From positions 43,349-107,348 of the forward strand of contig JAHDDH010000002.1 of the NCBI GenBank assembly GCA_020629455.1: 64,000 nt of DNA, in the 5' to 3' direction. Under the pieces are notes generated by a model. That model was given only the letters and a program-made list of their open reading frames with translations. It was not told the DNA's origin and did no database searches. Shown one piece after another: positions 8,959 through 19,777 of the stretch. This DNA comes from Cytophagales bacterium. GTDB lineage: Bacteria; Bacteroidota; Bacteroidia; Cytophagales; Amoebophilaceae. Made by a program: the position numbers and the translations under genes. How positions within the stretch are numbered: position 1 is the first letter of the stretch; each line of letters opens with the position of its first letter.

Positions 8959-9600
8959 TTAAACTTTACACCATGGATTATATTTCCTTTCTTTTCCAAT
9001 GGTTGTTGCATTGCCATGACCAGGATATATTTTTGTACAATCATCCAGTAAAAATAGGGTATGCTGAATACTACGCATCAAAATATCATGGTTTCCTCCA
9101 GGGAGATCTGTTCTTCCAATACTATTTTCAAATAAAACATCTCCTGATATACAAACTTTATTTTTTTCTTCATACAAAGCAATATGTCCTTTGGAATGAC
9201 CAGGTACTTCTAAAATTTTCCATCGATAATTTCCCAAAGAGATTACTTGTTGTGGATCTAAAAAAACATCAGCTATAGTAGATATGTAATTTTCCATGTC
9301 ATACATACTTGCATAGCTAGCCACCAACGCTAAAGATTCTTTTTCTAGTGGATGGATACTCAAAGGAACCTGATATTTATTTTTAATAAATGCATTGCCC
9401 ACCACATGATCGATATGACAATGGGTATTGATGAGGTATTTGATGATTAATTTTTTTTTTTTGATAAATGAGACAAGTTGCTCTTCTTCTTGAGAAGTAT
9501 AACATCCAGGATCTACCACCATACAATGCTTAGTATCATCATAAATGAGGTAGGTGTTTTCAGCAAGTGTATTGAAAGTGAAGGATTGTATATATATCAT
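8959..9600 (-). CDS. MBL-fold metallo-hydrolase (glyoxalase II-like)
   Basis: 213 aa. HxHxDH motif (THCHIDHVVG), plus downstream GHSKGH and the PGHG histidine. Confidence 0.85.
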   Translation of the reverse strand: MIYIQSFTFNTLAENTYLIYDDTKHCMVVDPGCYTSQEEEQLVSFIKKKKLIIKYLINTHCHIDHVVGNAFIKNKYQVPLSIHPLEKESLALVASYASMYDMENYISTIADVFLDPQQVISLGNYRWKILEVPGHSKGHIALYEEKNKVCISGDVLFENSIGRTDLPGGNHDILMRSIQHTLFLLDDCTKIYPGHGNATTIGKERKYNPWCKV

Positions 9601-9618
9601 AACAAACCCCTATAAACT

Positions 9619-9647
9619 ATAAAAGCACTCTAAATAATAGAGTGCTT
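9619..9647 (-). terminator. candidate intrinsic terminator downstream of the OMP gene
   Basis: The minus strand reads AAGCACTCT-ATTATTT-AGAGTGCTT followed by TTATAGTTT. That is a 9-bp perfect stem, a 7-nt loop and an interrupted T tract. Confidence 0.5.
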
Positions 9648-9675
9648 AAAATAAATTTTTAAAAAAGTTTAGATA

Positions 9676-10812
9676 TTAAAATTTGTATGTTACATTTGCT
9701 TTTATAGCACCTGCATCATCATCTTTAGTATCTTTTACATGTTTTTTAATGCCATGTGTATATGCTAGGCCTAAGTTGATTTGCTTATTCACATGATATT
9801 TTATACCCAATGTTCCTTGAATACCCATGCTGTAGTCGTCATCTTTTCTTTTTTTATCATTTTCTTCGTCGCTGATGATGATCATTTTACCTGTCAAAGT
9901 GCTAGACAGCTTTTCTTCAATAATTTGATATTCTACAGTACCTGATGCTTGGATGACAGGAAGTAATACAGATTCTTCTAAATTATTAAAATCTATCACC
10001 AAGTCATTGGAAGCATTAACTCCTAAATAGCTACTAATACCCACACCATAGAGCCCAGAGCCTTTTAATATCAGTGCTTTTGGCATTACTTTCCATTCTC
10101 CATTAATTTTTACGCCATAGCCCCATAGGGTAATATCTTTTTCACTAATTGCATGATGATATTCCATAGGTCTTACTAAACCACTCATCTGTATGTGACC
10201 GCTTTCTCCATAAAATTTCAACTTTCCTGCAATGCCTGGAATCATTTTTTTGGCATAGGTTATTTCATTGTTTGTAGTGCCATTTGGTAATTTTTCAGGA
10301 TTATAAGCACTTACATTTTGTTCAATACTCAACGCATATGCTAAATGATCATTAATCTTATTATTGAATTGTACTTGTGCTTTATTGTTTCCATAGAAAA
10401 TACCTTCCGTAAGTCCAATAGTCCATTGGTTATACTGTGCGTAAAAGCTATTGATAGATAATGTATCATTTTTTATGAAAGTGTTTAAAAAAATTTTAGC
10501 TACTTCTTCGTCTTCTTCTCCTTTAGGAATACCAAATTCTAGTCCTAAATTTCCTACAATTTCATGGATCAAAAATTTTTGTTCGTTTGCTTTATTCTCT
10601 TTACCTATGTTTTCTACGTTAAGCCCTCTTTCGCTGTTGTTTTCTGCTAAATGAAAGTGTGTGTTGAAATTTAAGCTTCCTGAAGGAACCATATAGAGTG
10701 TATCTTTACTGGTTTCGGTAGAAAGTATATTATTTTCTTGTGCATAAACAGCTGTAGAAATCAAACAGCCTAAAGCAATTTTTGATAATTTTTTGGTAGA
10801 TATTTTTTTCAT
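9676..10812 (-). CDS. putative outer-membrane beta-barrel protein / porin-like
   Basis: 378 aa. N-terminal signal peptide (KLSKIALGCLISTAVYAQ), alternating beta-strand-like pattern and a C-terminal aromatic residue (VTYKF). No family recognised. Confidence 0.6.
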   Translation of the reverse strand: MKKISTKKLSKIALGCLISTAVYAQENNILSTETSKDTLYMVPSGSLNFNTHFHLAENNSERGLNVENIGKENKANEQKFLIHEIVGNLGLEFGIPKGEEDEEVAKIFLNTFIKNDTLSINSFYAQYNQWTIGLTEGIFYGNNKAQVQFNNKINDHLAYALSIEQNVSAYNPEKLPNGTTNNEITYAKKMIPGIAGKLKFYGESGHIQMSGLVRPMEYHHAISEKDITLWGYGVKINGEWKVMPKALILKGSGLYGVGISSYLGVNASNDLVIDFNNLEESVLLPVIQASGTVEYQIIEEKLSSTLTGKMIIISDEENDKKRKDDDYSMGIQGTLGIKYHVNKQINLGLAYTHGIKKHVKDTKDDDAGAIKANVTYKF

Positions 10813-10869
10813 TGTAGTATTTAAAAATTGGTAGTATTTGAAAAATTTGCGCTAATATAAAATTTATTT

Positions 10870-12330
10870 CTAATTATTCATAGAAACTAAAAATGCTTCA
10901 TTGTCTTGTGTGCCTTTCATTTTTTCTAATAAAAACTCCATGGCTTCCACAGCATTCATATCTGCCATAAATTTTCGTAAAACCCACATTTTTTCAAGTA
11001 CCTCTTTAGACAAAAGTAAATCTTCTCTTCTGGTGCCTGAACTAGGAATGTCAATAGCTGGATGTATCCTTCTATTGGCTACTTTACGATCTAGCTGCAA
11101 CTCCATATTGCCTGTTCCTTTGAACTCTTCAAAAATAACTTCATCCATTTTAGACCCTGTTTCTATAAGGGCAGTAGCCAATATCGTCAAAGATCCTCCA
11201 TCTTCTACATTACGGGCTGCGCCAAAAAATCTTTTAGGCTTGTGCAAAGCATGAGCGTCTACTCCACCGGAGAGTATTTTTCCAGAAGATGGAATAACAG
11301 TATTAAAAGCTCTAGCCAATCGTGTAATTGACTCTACTAAAATAACTACATCTTGCCCACACTCTACCATTCTCTTGGCTTTTTCTAAGACAAGATTGGC
11401 AATTTTCACATGTTGCTCTGCTTGTTTATCAAAAGTAGAAGAAATAACCTCTGCTTTTACGCTGCGCATCATATCAGTAACTTCTTCTGGTCTTTCATCA
11501 ATCAAAAGGATAATCAAATATACTTCAGGATGATTTTTGACAATAGCATTGGCAATTTCTTTCAATAAAGTGGTTTTACCTGTTTTTGGGGGTGCTACAA
11601 TCATGCCCCGTTGACCTTTTCCTATAGGAGAAAAAAGATCTAAAATACGCGTAGCATATTGTGTAGAAGTATGGCTTAGCTTTAATTTTTCTTGAGGGAA
11701 TAAAGGTGTTAGGTAATCAAAATGAGGTCTTTTTTTAAGGTCTTTTTTTTCTTTTCCATTAATTTTTTCAACCTTCAAAAGTGCTGCATATTTTTCTCCT
11801 TCTTTAGGAGATCTTACTCTTCCATGTACTGTGTCACCCGTTCTTAGTTCAAAAAGTTTTATTTGAGAAGGAGATACATAAATATCATCTGGGCTAGCTA
11901 AATAATTGTATTGAGGAGCTCTTAAAAATCCATAATTATCAGACATAATTTCTAAAACCCCTTCTCGCACTTTAAGAGGCTCTTTGGGTATAGTATTTTG
12001 ATGTGCTGTATTCATTTTAGTGGGTTTGGTGGGCATATTTTTTTTAGGTTTCACTAAAAATTTTTTAGGCTTTTGTTTGAATGATGATGAAACAGTAGAT
12101 AGTGTAGATTTTGGAGAATGATGATTGGATTGGTACGGTATTGTATCTTGATCTGTATGACGGGAATGATCATTGCCTTGATTGCTAGGAATCGTTGCTT
12201 GAACATCCAGTATTTTATAAATTAATTCTTCTTTAGTATGCATTGAATGCTGACGGAGTTGAAATTCTTCTAAAGCAATATTTTGTAGCTCTTCAATCGA
12301 TTTTGATTGTAATGATTCTATGTTATACAT
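10870..12330 (-). CDS. rho: transcription termination factor Rho with N-terminal insertion domain
   Basis: 486 aa. Carries the RNA-binding OB region [16 protein letters not shown]...[19 protein letters not shown], Walker [12 protein letters not shown] and a C-terminal RecA-like ATPase. About 75 aa of low-complexity insert lie between the N-terminal helical bundle and the OB fold. Confidence 0.96.
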   Translation of the reverse strand: MYNIESLQSKSIEELQNIALEEFQLRQHSMHTKEELIYKILDVQATIPSNQGNDHSRHTDQDTIPYQSNHHSPKSTLSTVSSSFKQKPKKFLVKPKKNMPTKPTKMNTAHQNTIPKEPLKVREGVLEIMSDNYGFLRAPQYNYLASPDDIYVSPSQIKLFELRTGDTVHGRVRSPKEGEKYAALLKVEKINGKEKKDLKKRPHFDYLTPLFPQEKLKLSHTSTQYATRILDLFSPIGKGQRGMIVAPPKTGKTTLLKEIANAIVKNHPEVYLIILLIDERPEEVTDMMRSVKAEVISSTFDKQAEQHVKIANLVLEKAKRMVECGQDVVILVESITRLARAFNTVIPSSGKILSGGVDAHALHKPKRFFGAARNVEDGGSLTILATALIETGSKMDEVIFEEFKGTGNMELQLDRKVANRRIHPAIDIPSSGTRREDLLLSKEVLEKMWVLRKFMADMNAVEAMEFLLEKMKGTQDNEAFLVSMNN

Positions 12331-12451
12331 TATTTTTAGTTGTAGAATACGCTTAATTTCAAAAATGAATGGTATTTTTTGGAGAAAGCACTAAGATTTA
12401 GAAAGAAAAAGATGAAAAATAAATTTTGGAAAAATGGGTAGTTGCCTTGAA

Positions 12452-13492
12452 TTAAGATACTATATTCCGATAATACATTAAAGAGGAAGCGATCAGTGTC
12501 TGGTTGACAGCTCTATGGATGACGCCTTTGCCAATGCCTCTAATCAAAGGAAAATAAATTACTTTTTTTTTTCTTTTCTTGTCTTGCTGCATGTATTGGA
12601 TCAATACATCAATCTCTTCTAAGGATATTTTGATATGAAAAATGTAAATATAAATATTTTTTACAACAACATGTAATACTTCATATGTCAATATTTCCTT
12701 CCGATAAGCAATATAAGCTTCACAAATCATACCCACAGCAATGGCCTCTCCGTGGGTAATTTTTTTTTTTTTTGCTAAAAAATAACTTTCAAGCGCATGT
12801 CCCACTGTATGACCAAAATTCAACATTTTTCTTTCATGACTCTCTCTAAAGTCTTTACACACAATAACATGCTTGATTTGGATAGACCTTGTGATATAGG
12901 CTATAGACAAACAGGCTTCTTGTAATGGTGTATGTATCAATTGATTAAAATACTTTTCATCAGCAATCAGGGCATGTTTAATCATTTCAAAAAAACCAGA
13001 ATATAATATATTATGTGGTAATGTTTTTAAAAAAATAGGAGCTATCCATACTTTTTGAGCCGTGTAAAAAGCACCTATTTGATTTTTATAACCTCCAAAA
13101 TTAATACCGGTTTTACCACCAATACTAGCATCCACCTGCGCAATCAAAGTAGTAGGCATATGGATGTAGGCAATACCCCTCAGGTAAGAAGAAGCACAAA
13201 ATCCACCCATATCACAGAGTACACCACCACCTAAATTAATCAATAATGACAACCGATCTAAGCCATAGGCCATCATTTTTTGCCATATATACATACAAGT
13301 ATCTATAGTTTTATGACTTTCTCCAGCAGGTACAACCACCTTTTGATGGATAGGAAGGTAGGGTTGAAGCAATGGATAGCAATAGTTTTGGGTATTGTTA
13401 TCCATCAAGAGCAATAGCTTAGTATAGGACAATCCTCGAAAGGGAAAATTTTTGAATGACGAAAACAAACAAATATCAGGTGGAAGTATCAT
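12452..13492 (-). CDS. aroB: 3-dehydroquinate synthase
   Basis: 346 aa. Motifs NLGGGVLCDMGGF, MPTTLIAQVDASIGGKTGINF, LNFGHTVGHALE and HGEAIAVGM are typical of the DHQS family. Confidence 0.85.
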   Translation of the reverse strand: MILPPDICLFSSFKNFPFRGLSYTKLLLLMDNNTQNYCYPLLQPYLPIHQKVVVPAGESHKTIDTCMYIWQKMMAYGLDRLSLLINLGGGVLCDMGGFCASSYLRGIAYIHMPTTLIAQVDASIGGKTGINFGGYKNQIGAFYTAQKVWIAPIFLKTLPHNILYSGFFEMIKHALIADEKYFNQLIHTPLQEACLSIAYITRSIQIKHVIVCKDFRESHERKMLNFGHTVGHALESYFLAKKKKITHGEAIAVGMICEAYIAYRKEILTYEVLHVVVKNIYIYIFHIKISLEEIDVLIQYMQQDKKRKKKVIYFPLIRGIGKGVIHRAVNQTLIASSLMYYRNIVS

Positions 13493-13512
13493 GCATTATG
13501 AAGAGTAAAAAC

Positions 13513-14535
13513 CTAAGTCTGTATTTTTATCTTTTCCATGATTTGCGTTTCTATCTTTGTTGCTAATTCCTCATGCTCTTTCAAAAATTTCTTGACAGCT
13601 TCCCTCCCCTGTCCTAATTTTTGGTCTTCATAAGAAAACCAAGCACCAGCCTTCTTAATCACCCCCCAATGAACACCTATATCAATCAACTCTCCTAGCT
13701 TTGAAATCCCTTCGCCATACATAATATCAAATTCAATGACTTTAAATGGAGGAGCTACTTTGTTCTTCACTACTTTTATCCTAGTTCTATTGCCTAAAAC
13801 ATGATCAGCATTTTCTTTAATTTGTTCCTTTCTTCTAATGTCTAAACGGACAGAGGCATAAAATTTTAAAGCATTACCGCCAGTAGTAACCTCTGGACTT
13901 CCATAAATAACCCCTACTTTTTCCCTCAGCTGATTGATAAAAATACAAGTACAACCTGTTTTGTTGAGCGTGCCTGTCAGCTTTCGCAAAGCCTGGGACA
14001 TTAATCGGGCTTGTGAAGCTACATTCTTATCTCCCATATAACCCTCAAGCTCTGCTTTAGGCACCAAAGCAGCTACAGAGTCTACTACAATAATGTCTAT
14101 GGCACTAGAGCGTATCAACTGTTCGGCTATTTCTAATGCTTGCTCTCCACTATCGGGCTGTGCGATGAGCAAATTTTCTGTATCAATGCCTAGTTTTTCG
14201 GCATATAATTTATCAAAAGCGTGTTCCGCATCAATAAAGGCTGCAATACCACCAGATTTTTGTGCCTCGGCTATACAATGCAAGCTCAAAGTTGTTTTTC
14301 CTGAAGACTCTGGGCCAAAAATTTCAATCACCCTTCCTTTTGGCAAACCGCCTACACCCAAAGCAATATTTAATCCTAAAGATCCTGTAGAAATGGCTGG
14401 TACATCGACCACTTTAGTATCGCTCAATTTCATTACTGTACCTTTTCCATAGGCTTTTTCTAGACTATCAATAGTTTTTTGGAGGGAATGTAATTTTTCT
14501 TGCTGATTTTCTGATGTTTGGTGTTGGTGAGACAT
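13513..14535 (-). CDS. recA: recombinase RecA
   Basis: 340 aa. [10 protein letters not shown] Walker [16 protein letters not shown] and the rest of the canonical RecA core. Confidence 0.98.
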   Translation of the reverse strand: MSHQHQTSENQQEKLHSLQKTIDSLEKAYGKGTVMKLSDTKVVDVPAISTGSLGLNIALGVGGLPKGRVIEIFGPESSGKTTLSLHCIAEAQKSGGIAAFIDAEHAFDKLYAEKLGIDTENLLIAQPDSGEQALEIAEQLIRSSAIDIIVVDSVAALVPKAELEGYMGDKNVASQARLMSQALRKLTGTLNKTGCTCIFINQLREKVGVIYGSPEVTTGGNALKFYASVRLDIRRKEQIKENADHVLGNRTRIKVVKNKVAPPFKVIEFDIMYGEGISKLGELIDIGVHWGVIKKAGAWFSYEDQKLGQGREAVKKFLKEHEELATKIETQIMEKIKIQT

Positions 14536-14751
14536 ATTGTGTTTTTTTTAAAATATGGTTTATGAAAAGATCAAAAATGCATCAATACTATGATCATAAA
14601 GCGCTATTTCATTTTGTTTACGATGGATTATGCAAATTATAAAATGTGCCCTTTACAAACTAGAAAATATCGTAAGATTAATAAAAAATTCTACAGAGTT
14701 ATTCCATGAAAAACAATATTTTTACGTTTTTTTAAATCATCAAGAAAATAT

Positions 14752-15036
14752 ATGTTAGATCTTAAAGCATTTTATCACTTAGCTCAACTAGCCAAAATTA
14801 AAATTGAAAATGAAGAGGCAAAAGAAATGTTGCAGGCTTTGAATCAAAAAATAGCATGGGTGAATACATTACAAAAAATAGATACTACCTATACAAAACC
14901 TCTAGCTATTTTGTCTTTCGAAAAAAATAATCTAAAAGAAGATCATATACAACCTTCACTACCCCACCAACGTGTTTTTCAAAATGCACCCACAAAAGAT
15001 CAACATTATTTTAAAGTGCCAGATGTTAAATCCTAA
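14752..15036 (+). CDS. gatC: Asp-tRNA(Asn)/Glu-tRNA(Gln) amidotransferase subunit C
   Basis: 94 aa with typical GatC length and pattern (LAKIKIENEEAKEMLQ...L...EDHIQPSLP). gatA lies 1.7 kb downstream on the same strand. Confidence 0.8.
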   Translation: MLDLKAFYHLAQLAKIKIENEEAKEMLQALNQKIAWVNTLQKIDTTYTKPLAILSFEKNNLKEDHIQPSLPHQRVFQNAPTKDQHYFKVPDVKS

Positions 15037-15062
15037 AATACAACCAGCCAATACCTGCCATC

Positions 15063-16109
15063 ATGCATCTTGACAAAAAAAAAATTCTAAAAATATTACA
15101 TCCCAACAAAATTTGGGTACCTATCAGCATAGGCTTTCTCATCATCGGTTATTTATTGTTGAAGGATAAAAATTTCACATTTGATAATTTGATACGTATA
15201 CGTAATGCCCAATGGACCTATATTGGCTTGGCTTTGCTCACTATCTTGATCAGAGATATTGGTTATGCCTATCGAATCAAAACTTTGACTCATCAACAGT
15301 TGACCTGGAAAAAAAGTTTTTATGTCATTATTTTATGGGAATTTGCTTCTGCAGTAACACCATCTGTTGTAGGCGGTACTGCGGTAGCTATTTTTATTTT
15401 GCTCAAGGAAAAAATCAAACTTGGACAATCGATTGCTTATGTTATGCTAACAGCTATTTTAGATAACTTATTTTTTATCTGTACAGCACCATTAGCCTTT
15501 TTTTTATTGGGCGATAATATGTTTACAAATGTTACTACTTTATCTATCCGTTGGGCTTATAGTTTCAAAATCATATTTTGGATTAGCTATAGCTTAATTG
15601 CTTTGTATACATTAATGATGGCCTTAGCATTATTTTTTAAACCTATATTTTTTAAAAATATTTTAGTAAGAATTACACATATTAAAATTCTTAAAAAATG
15701 GAAAAGAGCAGCATATGCCCATGGCAAAGACATTATTCATTCTTCCACCACACTCAAAGGAAATACGATGGGGTATTGGATTAAAATTAGTATATCAACC
15801 ATCGGCATTTGGTGTGCCCGCTATATGATTCTCAACTTATTGATTGCTGCCTATACCAATGTAAGTCTGTCTGAACATATCACTATTTTTGGCAAACATA
15901 TTATGATGTGGGTCATGATGCTTATATCTCCTACACCTGGCAGTAGTGGTACAGCAGAATTTTTTTTTCAACAATTCTATGAAACAATTTTAGGCAACTA
16001 TACAATCATTACTGATTTGCTATGGCGATGTCTTACCTATTATCTTTATTTGATACTGGGAGCAATATTTTTACCAAAATGGCTTAAAAAATACCAATCA
16101 TCATTATAA
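15063..16109 (+). CDS. flippase-like / lysylphosphatidylglycerol-synthase TM-region family membrane protein (UPF0104)
   Basis: 348 aa with about 8 predicted TM segments. It has the duplicated P..GG..E-type motif of this family (VTPSVVGGTAVA and SPTPGSSGTAEFF). Confidence 0.55.
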   Translation: MHLDKKKILKILHPNKIWVPISIGFLIIGYLLLKDKNFTFDNLIRIRNAQWTYIGLALLTILIRDIGYAYRIKTLTHQQLTWKKSFYVIILWEFASAVTPSVVGGTAVAIFILLKEKIKLGQSIAYVMLTAILDNLFFICTAPLAFFLLGDNMFTNVTTLSIRWAYSFKIIFWISYSLIALYTLMMALALFFKPIFFKNILVRITHIKILKKWKRAAYAHGKDIIHSSTTLKGNTMGYWIKISISTIGIWCARYMILNLLIAAYTNVSLSEHITIFGKHIMMWVMMLISPTPGSSGTAEFFFQQFYETILGNYTIITDLLWRCLTYYLYLILGAIFLPKWLKKYQSSL

Positions 16110-16121
16110 AACAAACGCTAT

Positions 16122-16775
16122 ATGTCTTCAGAAAACTATACACAAACATTCCAACATCTTACAAAAAAATTAGCCAACATCAAAGCATATATTTTTGACT
16201 GGGACGGTGTATTCAACGAAGGCATCAAAAGCATACAAATGCATAGCACTTTTGCTGAAATAGATGCCATGGGTATCAATTTACTACGCTTTCAGCACTT
16301 TCTATATGATCAAATGCCCATCATTAGCATCATGACAGGCGCTGATAACCTCAATGCCAAAGCCTTTGCAAAAAGAGAAAATTTCAACAGTGTATACACT
16401 AAAATCAAAGATAAAAAACAGGCTCTCGTACATTTTATGGAAAAATTTCAACTCAAAAAAGAAGCCATTGCTTTTTTTTTTGATGATGTAATTGATCTAT
16501 CAGTCGCCCAAGCCGTAGGGCTACGCATATGCGTTCGGCATAAAAATACGTATGACCATTTCTTAACTCACTATATCCAGCAAAAGCAATGGGCCGATTA
16601 CATTACCAAAGGTCACGGAGGACAAAACGCTATCCGAGAAACAACAGAATTATTTTTAAAACTATCCCAAAAATACGAAACCGTACTCTCCCATCGTATT
16701 GACTATACACCCTCTTACCAAAAATATCTAGCCCAAAAAACAACTATACAAACACAATTTTATACCACTGCATAA
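16122..16775 (+). CDS. HAD-IIIA hydrolase, KdsC (KDO-8-P phosphatase)-like
   Basis: 217 aa. IKAYIFDWDGVFNEG, IMTGADNLNAKAFAKR, FFFDDVIDLSVAQAVGL and ADYITKGHGGQNAIRE align block by block with E. coli KdsC (LLILDVDGVLSDG, IITGRKAKLVEDR, YVGDDLIDWPVMEKVGL, ADYVTRIAGGRGAVRE). Confidence 0.6.
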   Translation: MSSENYTQTFQHLTKKLANIKAYIFDWDGVFNEGIKSIQMHSTFAEIDAMGINLLRFQHFLYDQMPIISIMTGADNLNAKAFAKRENFNSVYTKIKDKKQALVHFMEKFQLKKEAIAFFFDDVIDLSVAQAVGLRICVRHKNTYDHFLTHYIQQKQWADYITKGHGGQNAIRETTELFLKLSQKYETVLSHRIDYTPSYQKYLAQKTTIQTQFYTTA

Positions 16776-16777
16776 AA

Positions 16778-18208
16778 TTGCTAGCAGCACATCATTATTT
16801 TTTCATTGTGATCAATCAATCTTTCCAAAAAAATTTACAAAATCATATACAAAACATTCAACAAAAAGACCATAATGCTTTTGTAAACTTATACTTTGAA
16901 GAAGCCCAAAAAAAAGCTAAAGCCTTAGATGAAAAACAACAAAAAAAAGAAAGCATAGGCAAAATGACAGGCAAAATTATCGGACTCAAAGACTTATTTT
17001 GTTACCAAGACCATCCTGTACAAGCTTGTAGCAAAATTTTACAGGGTTTTATAGCACAAATACAAGCCACAGCTGTACAAAGACTCCTAGACGAAGATGC
17101 TATCATCATCGGGCATCAAAACTGTGATGAATTTGGCATGGGTGCTTCTAATGAAAATTCTATTTTTGGCCCTGTACTGCATCCTACCCATGACAATTAT
17201 ACACCTGGGGGATCTTCGGGTGGATCTGCCGTAGCTGTTAAAAAAAATATGTGTAGCATTGCTCTAGGTACAGATACTGGAGGATCTGTCAGACAACCTG
17301 CTGCTTTTTGTGGCGTTATAGGATTAAAACCTACATATGCTCGTATTTCAAGGCATGGGGTCATTGCTTATGCTTCGTCATTGGATACTGTAGGTATCTT
17401 ATCAAAAAGTATACAATCAATTCAACAAACACTGACAGTGGTAGCTGGTCAAGACATTTGGGATAATACAGTATCTCGAAAACCAGTGCCTGTGTATACA
17501 AACCCTATTCAAGAAGATAAAAAAAAAATGCGTATAGCATATATCAAAGAAATGATGATGGGAGATATTTTACAGACATCTGTCCAAAAGCAGACGAAGT
17601 ATACTATAGAAAAAATGAAAAAATTAGGCTATCGTGTAGATGAAATTTCATTTCCTTATCTGTCATATGTATTGCCTACCTATCATATCATTAGCAATGC
17701 CGAAGCAAGTACCAATTTAGCAAGATACGATGGTGTACGCTATGGTTATAGAACAAAAAACTATACAAACTTAGAAGAAATGTATACCAAAACACGCACA
17801 GAAGGTTTTGGCAAGGAAGTAAAACGCAGAATTTTGTTAGGAACATTTGTACTGACAGCAGAACGCTACAGACAATATTTTCTCAAAGCACAAAAAGTAA
17901 GACGATTAGTGCAAGATTATTTTTTAAAAATATTCCAATCATACGACTATATCATCACTCCTACAACACCTACCACTGCTTTTGCTCATGAAGCCTATAG
18001 CAAAAATCCTCAAAAAATGTACAGTACAGATTTATACACCGTACCTGCTTCTCTGGCAGGCATTCCAGCCATTGCCTTACCCAATGGTGCAGATCACAAA
18101 GGATTACCCATCAGTATACAACTCATGGCTCCTTTTTTTGAAGAGCACCGTCTCTTGCATTTTGCAGAGCATTTGATGGAAATAAACGTAGTGGATGGAG
18201 GACTATAA
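16778..18208 (+). CDS. gatA: Asp-tRNA(Asn)/Glu-tRNA(Gln) amidotransferase subunit A
   Basis: 476 aa with the amidase signature GGSSGGSAVAV...GTDTGGSVRQPAAFCG. The ORF-track start is a TTG at 16778, two nt after the stop of the upstream gene, so the exact start is uncertain. Confidence 0.93.
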   Translation: MLAAHHYFFIVINQSFQKNLQNHIQNIQQKDHNAFVNLYFEEAQKKAKALDEKQQKKESIGKMTGKIIGLKDLFCYQDHPVQACSKILQGFIAQIQATAVQRLLDEDAIIIGHQNCDEFGMGASNENSIFGPVLHPTHDNYTPGGSSGGSAVAVKKNMCSIALGTDTGGSVRQPAAFCGVIGLKPTYARISRHGVIAYASSLDTVGILSKSIQSIQQTLTVVAGQDIWDNTVSRKPVPVYTNPIQEDKKKMRIAYIKEMMMGDILQTSVQKQTKYTIEKMKKLGYRVDEISFPYLSYVLPTYHIISNAEASTNLARYDGVRYGYRTKNYTNLEEMYTKTRTEGFGKEVKRRILLGTFVLTAERYRQYFLKAQKVRRLVQDYFLKIFQSYDYIITPTTPTTAFAHEAYSKNPQKMYSTDLYTVPASLAGIPAIALPNGADHKGLPISIQLMAPFFEEHRLLHFAEHLMEINVVDGGL

Positions 18209-18821
18209 AATTATATTACGCTATTTTCCTACGCTGTGTGAAACACAAATAGCCAAATACCAACAACTCTACAAAATTTATACAGCTTACAATACGAAAA
18301 TCAATCTAATTTCCAGGAAAGATATCCACAACCTATATACACATCATGTATTACATGCCATGAGCATAGGTCGTATACTCTCTTTTTTACCCAATACACG
18401 CATACTAGATTTTGGCACAGGTGGAGGATTCCCAGGTATCCCTTTGGCCATTTTGTTTCCAAAGGTACATTTTCATCTGGTGGATGCTACACAAAAAAAA
18501 ATAAAAATAGTAGCTGATATTGCCCAGGAATTGCAACTCAATAATTGCACGATCACATGGGTCAGAGGAGAAAATATCCAAAACACCTATGATTTTATAC
18601 TGGGAAGAGGCGTCACTGCTTTAGATCAATTTTATCGTTGGTCATACAATAAAATCAAAAAAAAATCTCTTCATAACATAAAAAATGGTGTATTGTATTT
18701 GAAGGGTGGTGATTTTATCCATGAAATCCAAAAAATAAACGCAAAAACAAAAATATATCCATTGGATACTTTTTTTGCTGAAAACTTTTTTATCTCTAAA
18801 AAATTAGTACATATTTTTTAG
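18195..18821 (+). CDS. rsmG: 16S rRNA (guanine527-N7)-methyltransferase RsmG
   Basis: 208 aa. SAM motif LDFGTGGGFPGIPLAI and the typical GidB layout. Overlaps the gatA 3' end by 14 nt. Confidence 0.88.
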   Translation: MEDYKIILRYFPTLCETQIAKYQQLYKIYTAYNTKINLISRKDIHNLYTHHVLHAMSIGRILSFLPNTRILDFGTGGGFPGIPLAILFPKVHFHLVDATQKKIKIVADIAQELQLNNCTITWVRGENIQNTYDFILGRGVTALDQFYRWSYNKIKKKSLHNIKNGVLYLKGGDFIHEIQKINAKTKIYPLDTFFAENFFISKKLVHIF

Positions 18822-19759
18822 CGTTTACTACCCTTGTAAGGATCATAACCATTCATTTGCTTAGCATAATAGCCCGTGCCATCATAAGGTCTTTTGGCAG
18901 GATGTTTTTGACAAAGAGGAGAACAAGCTCCTGACAACGTTTCTGCACAAGAATGACATAATGCCACGTGCTGATTGCAACGAGGATTGGCACAATTGAT
19001 CATTCGATCACATGACACTTGACAAACATAACATGTACTAATAATTATTTTTTCTTTTTGATTAATATCAGTGGCTATTCTGTTGTCAAATACATAGCAT
19101 TTTCCCTCAAAATCTTTACCATCGGTTTCTAAACCATACTGAATAATACCACCATGCAACTGATATACATTTTCAAAACCATGGGCTAATAAATACGCAC
19201 TAGCTTTTTCACATTTGATACCACCGGTACAATATGTGATAATTTTTTTTTTCTTAAATGGTGCTAGTGTATCCACTTTTTGTGCAAAATCCCTAAAATT
19301 GTCTATGTCTAAAGTAACAGCATCCTTAAATTTTCCCAGCTGATGTTCATAGTTAGAGCGTACGTCTAGTAAAATGACATCTGTTTCTTTTTTCATCTTT
19401 TCAAAAGCTGGTACAGTCAAATGTTTACCAGTTTTTTTATTTGGGTCGATATGTGATAGGTTGGCATGAACAATTTCTTTTTTTACACGTACATGTAATT
19501 TTTGAAATGCATGCTGGGTGTATGTTGCTATTTTGAACTTTGTTTTTGAAAATCTTGGCTCTTTTTGCAGTGTTTGGATATAATGATCACAATTTTCTTT
19601 AAGCCCAGAAATTGTACCATTGATCCCTTCGCTGGCAATGATAATTCTTCCTTTTAAGTTTTGTGTCAGGCAATAATGATGGTGTTGTGCACGAAAAATT
19701 TCAGGATTATCAATGGGTGTGTAGCAATAGTATAGTAAAACAGTATATAAAGCATCCAT
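18818..19759 (-). CDS. trhO: rhodanese-domain tRNA uridine(34) hydroxylase (UPF0176/YceA family)
   Basis: 313 aa. N-terminal YY.Y..I motif, rhodanese active-site loop YCTGGIKCEKAS and a Cys-rich C-terminal extension. Converges on rsmG with a 4-nt overlap of the stop codons. Confidence 0.85.
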   Translation of the reverse strand: MDALYTVLLYYCYTPIDNPEIFRAQHHHYCLTQNLKGRIIIASEGINGTISGLKENCDHYIQTLQKEPRFSKTKFKIATYTQHAFQKLHVRVKKEIVHANLSHIDPNKKTGKHLTVPAFEKMKKETDVILLDVRSNYEHQLGKFKDAVTLDIDNFRDFAQKVDTLAPFKKKKIITYCTGGIKCEKASAYLLAHGFENVYQLHGGIIQYGLETDGKDFEGKCYVFDNRIATDINQKEKIIISTCYVCQVSCDRMINCANPRCNQHVALCHSCAETLSGACSPLCQKHPAKRPYDGTGYYAKQMNGYDPYKGSKR

Positions 19760-19777
19760 AAAATGGAAATATTTATC

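Noticed and set aside
14536-14751. Bacteroidota-type promoters (TTTG at -33, TAnnTTTG at -7) in the recA/gatC divergent region and upstream of rho, rpsT and ileS
   Set aside because: I found only partial matches such as CATTTTTG and TAAAATTTA. In DNA this AT-rich such matches occur by chance, so I report no promoter.
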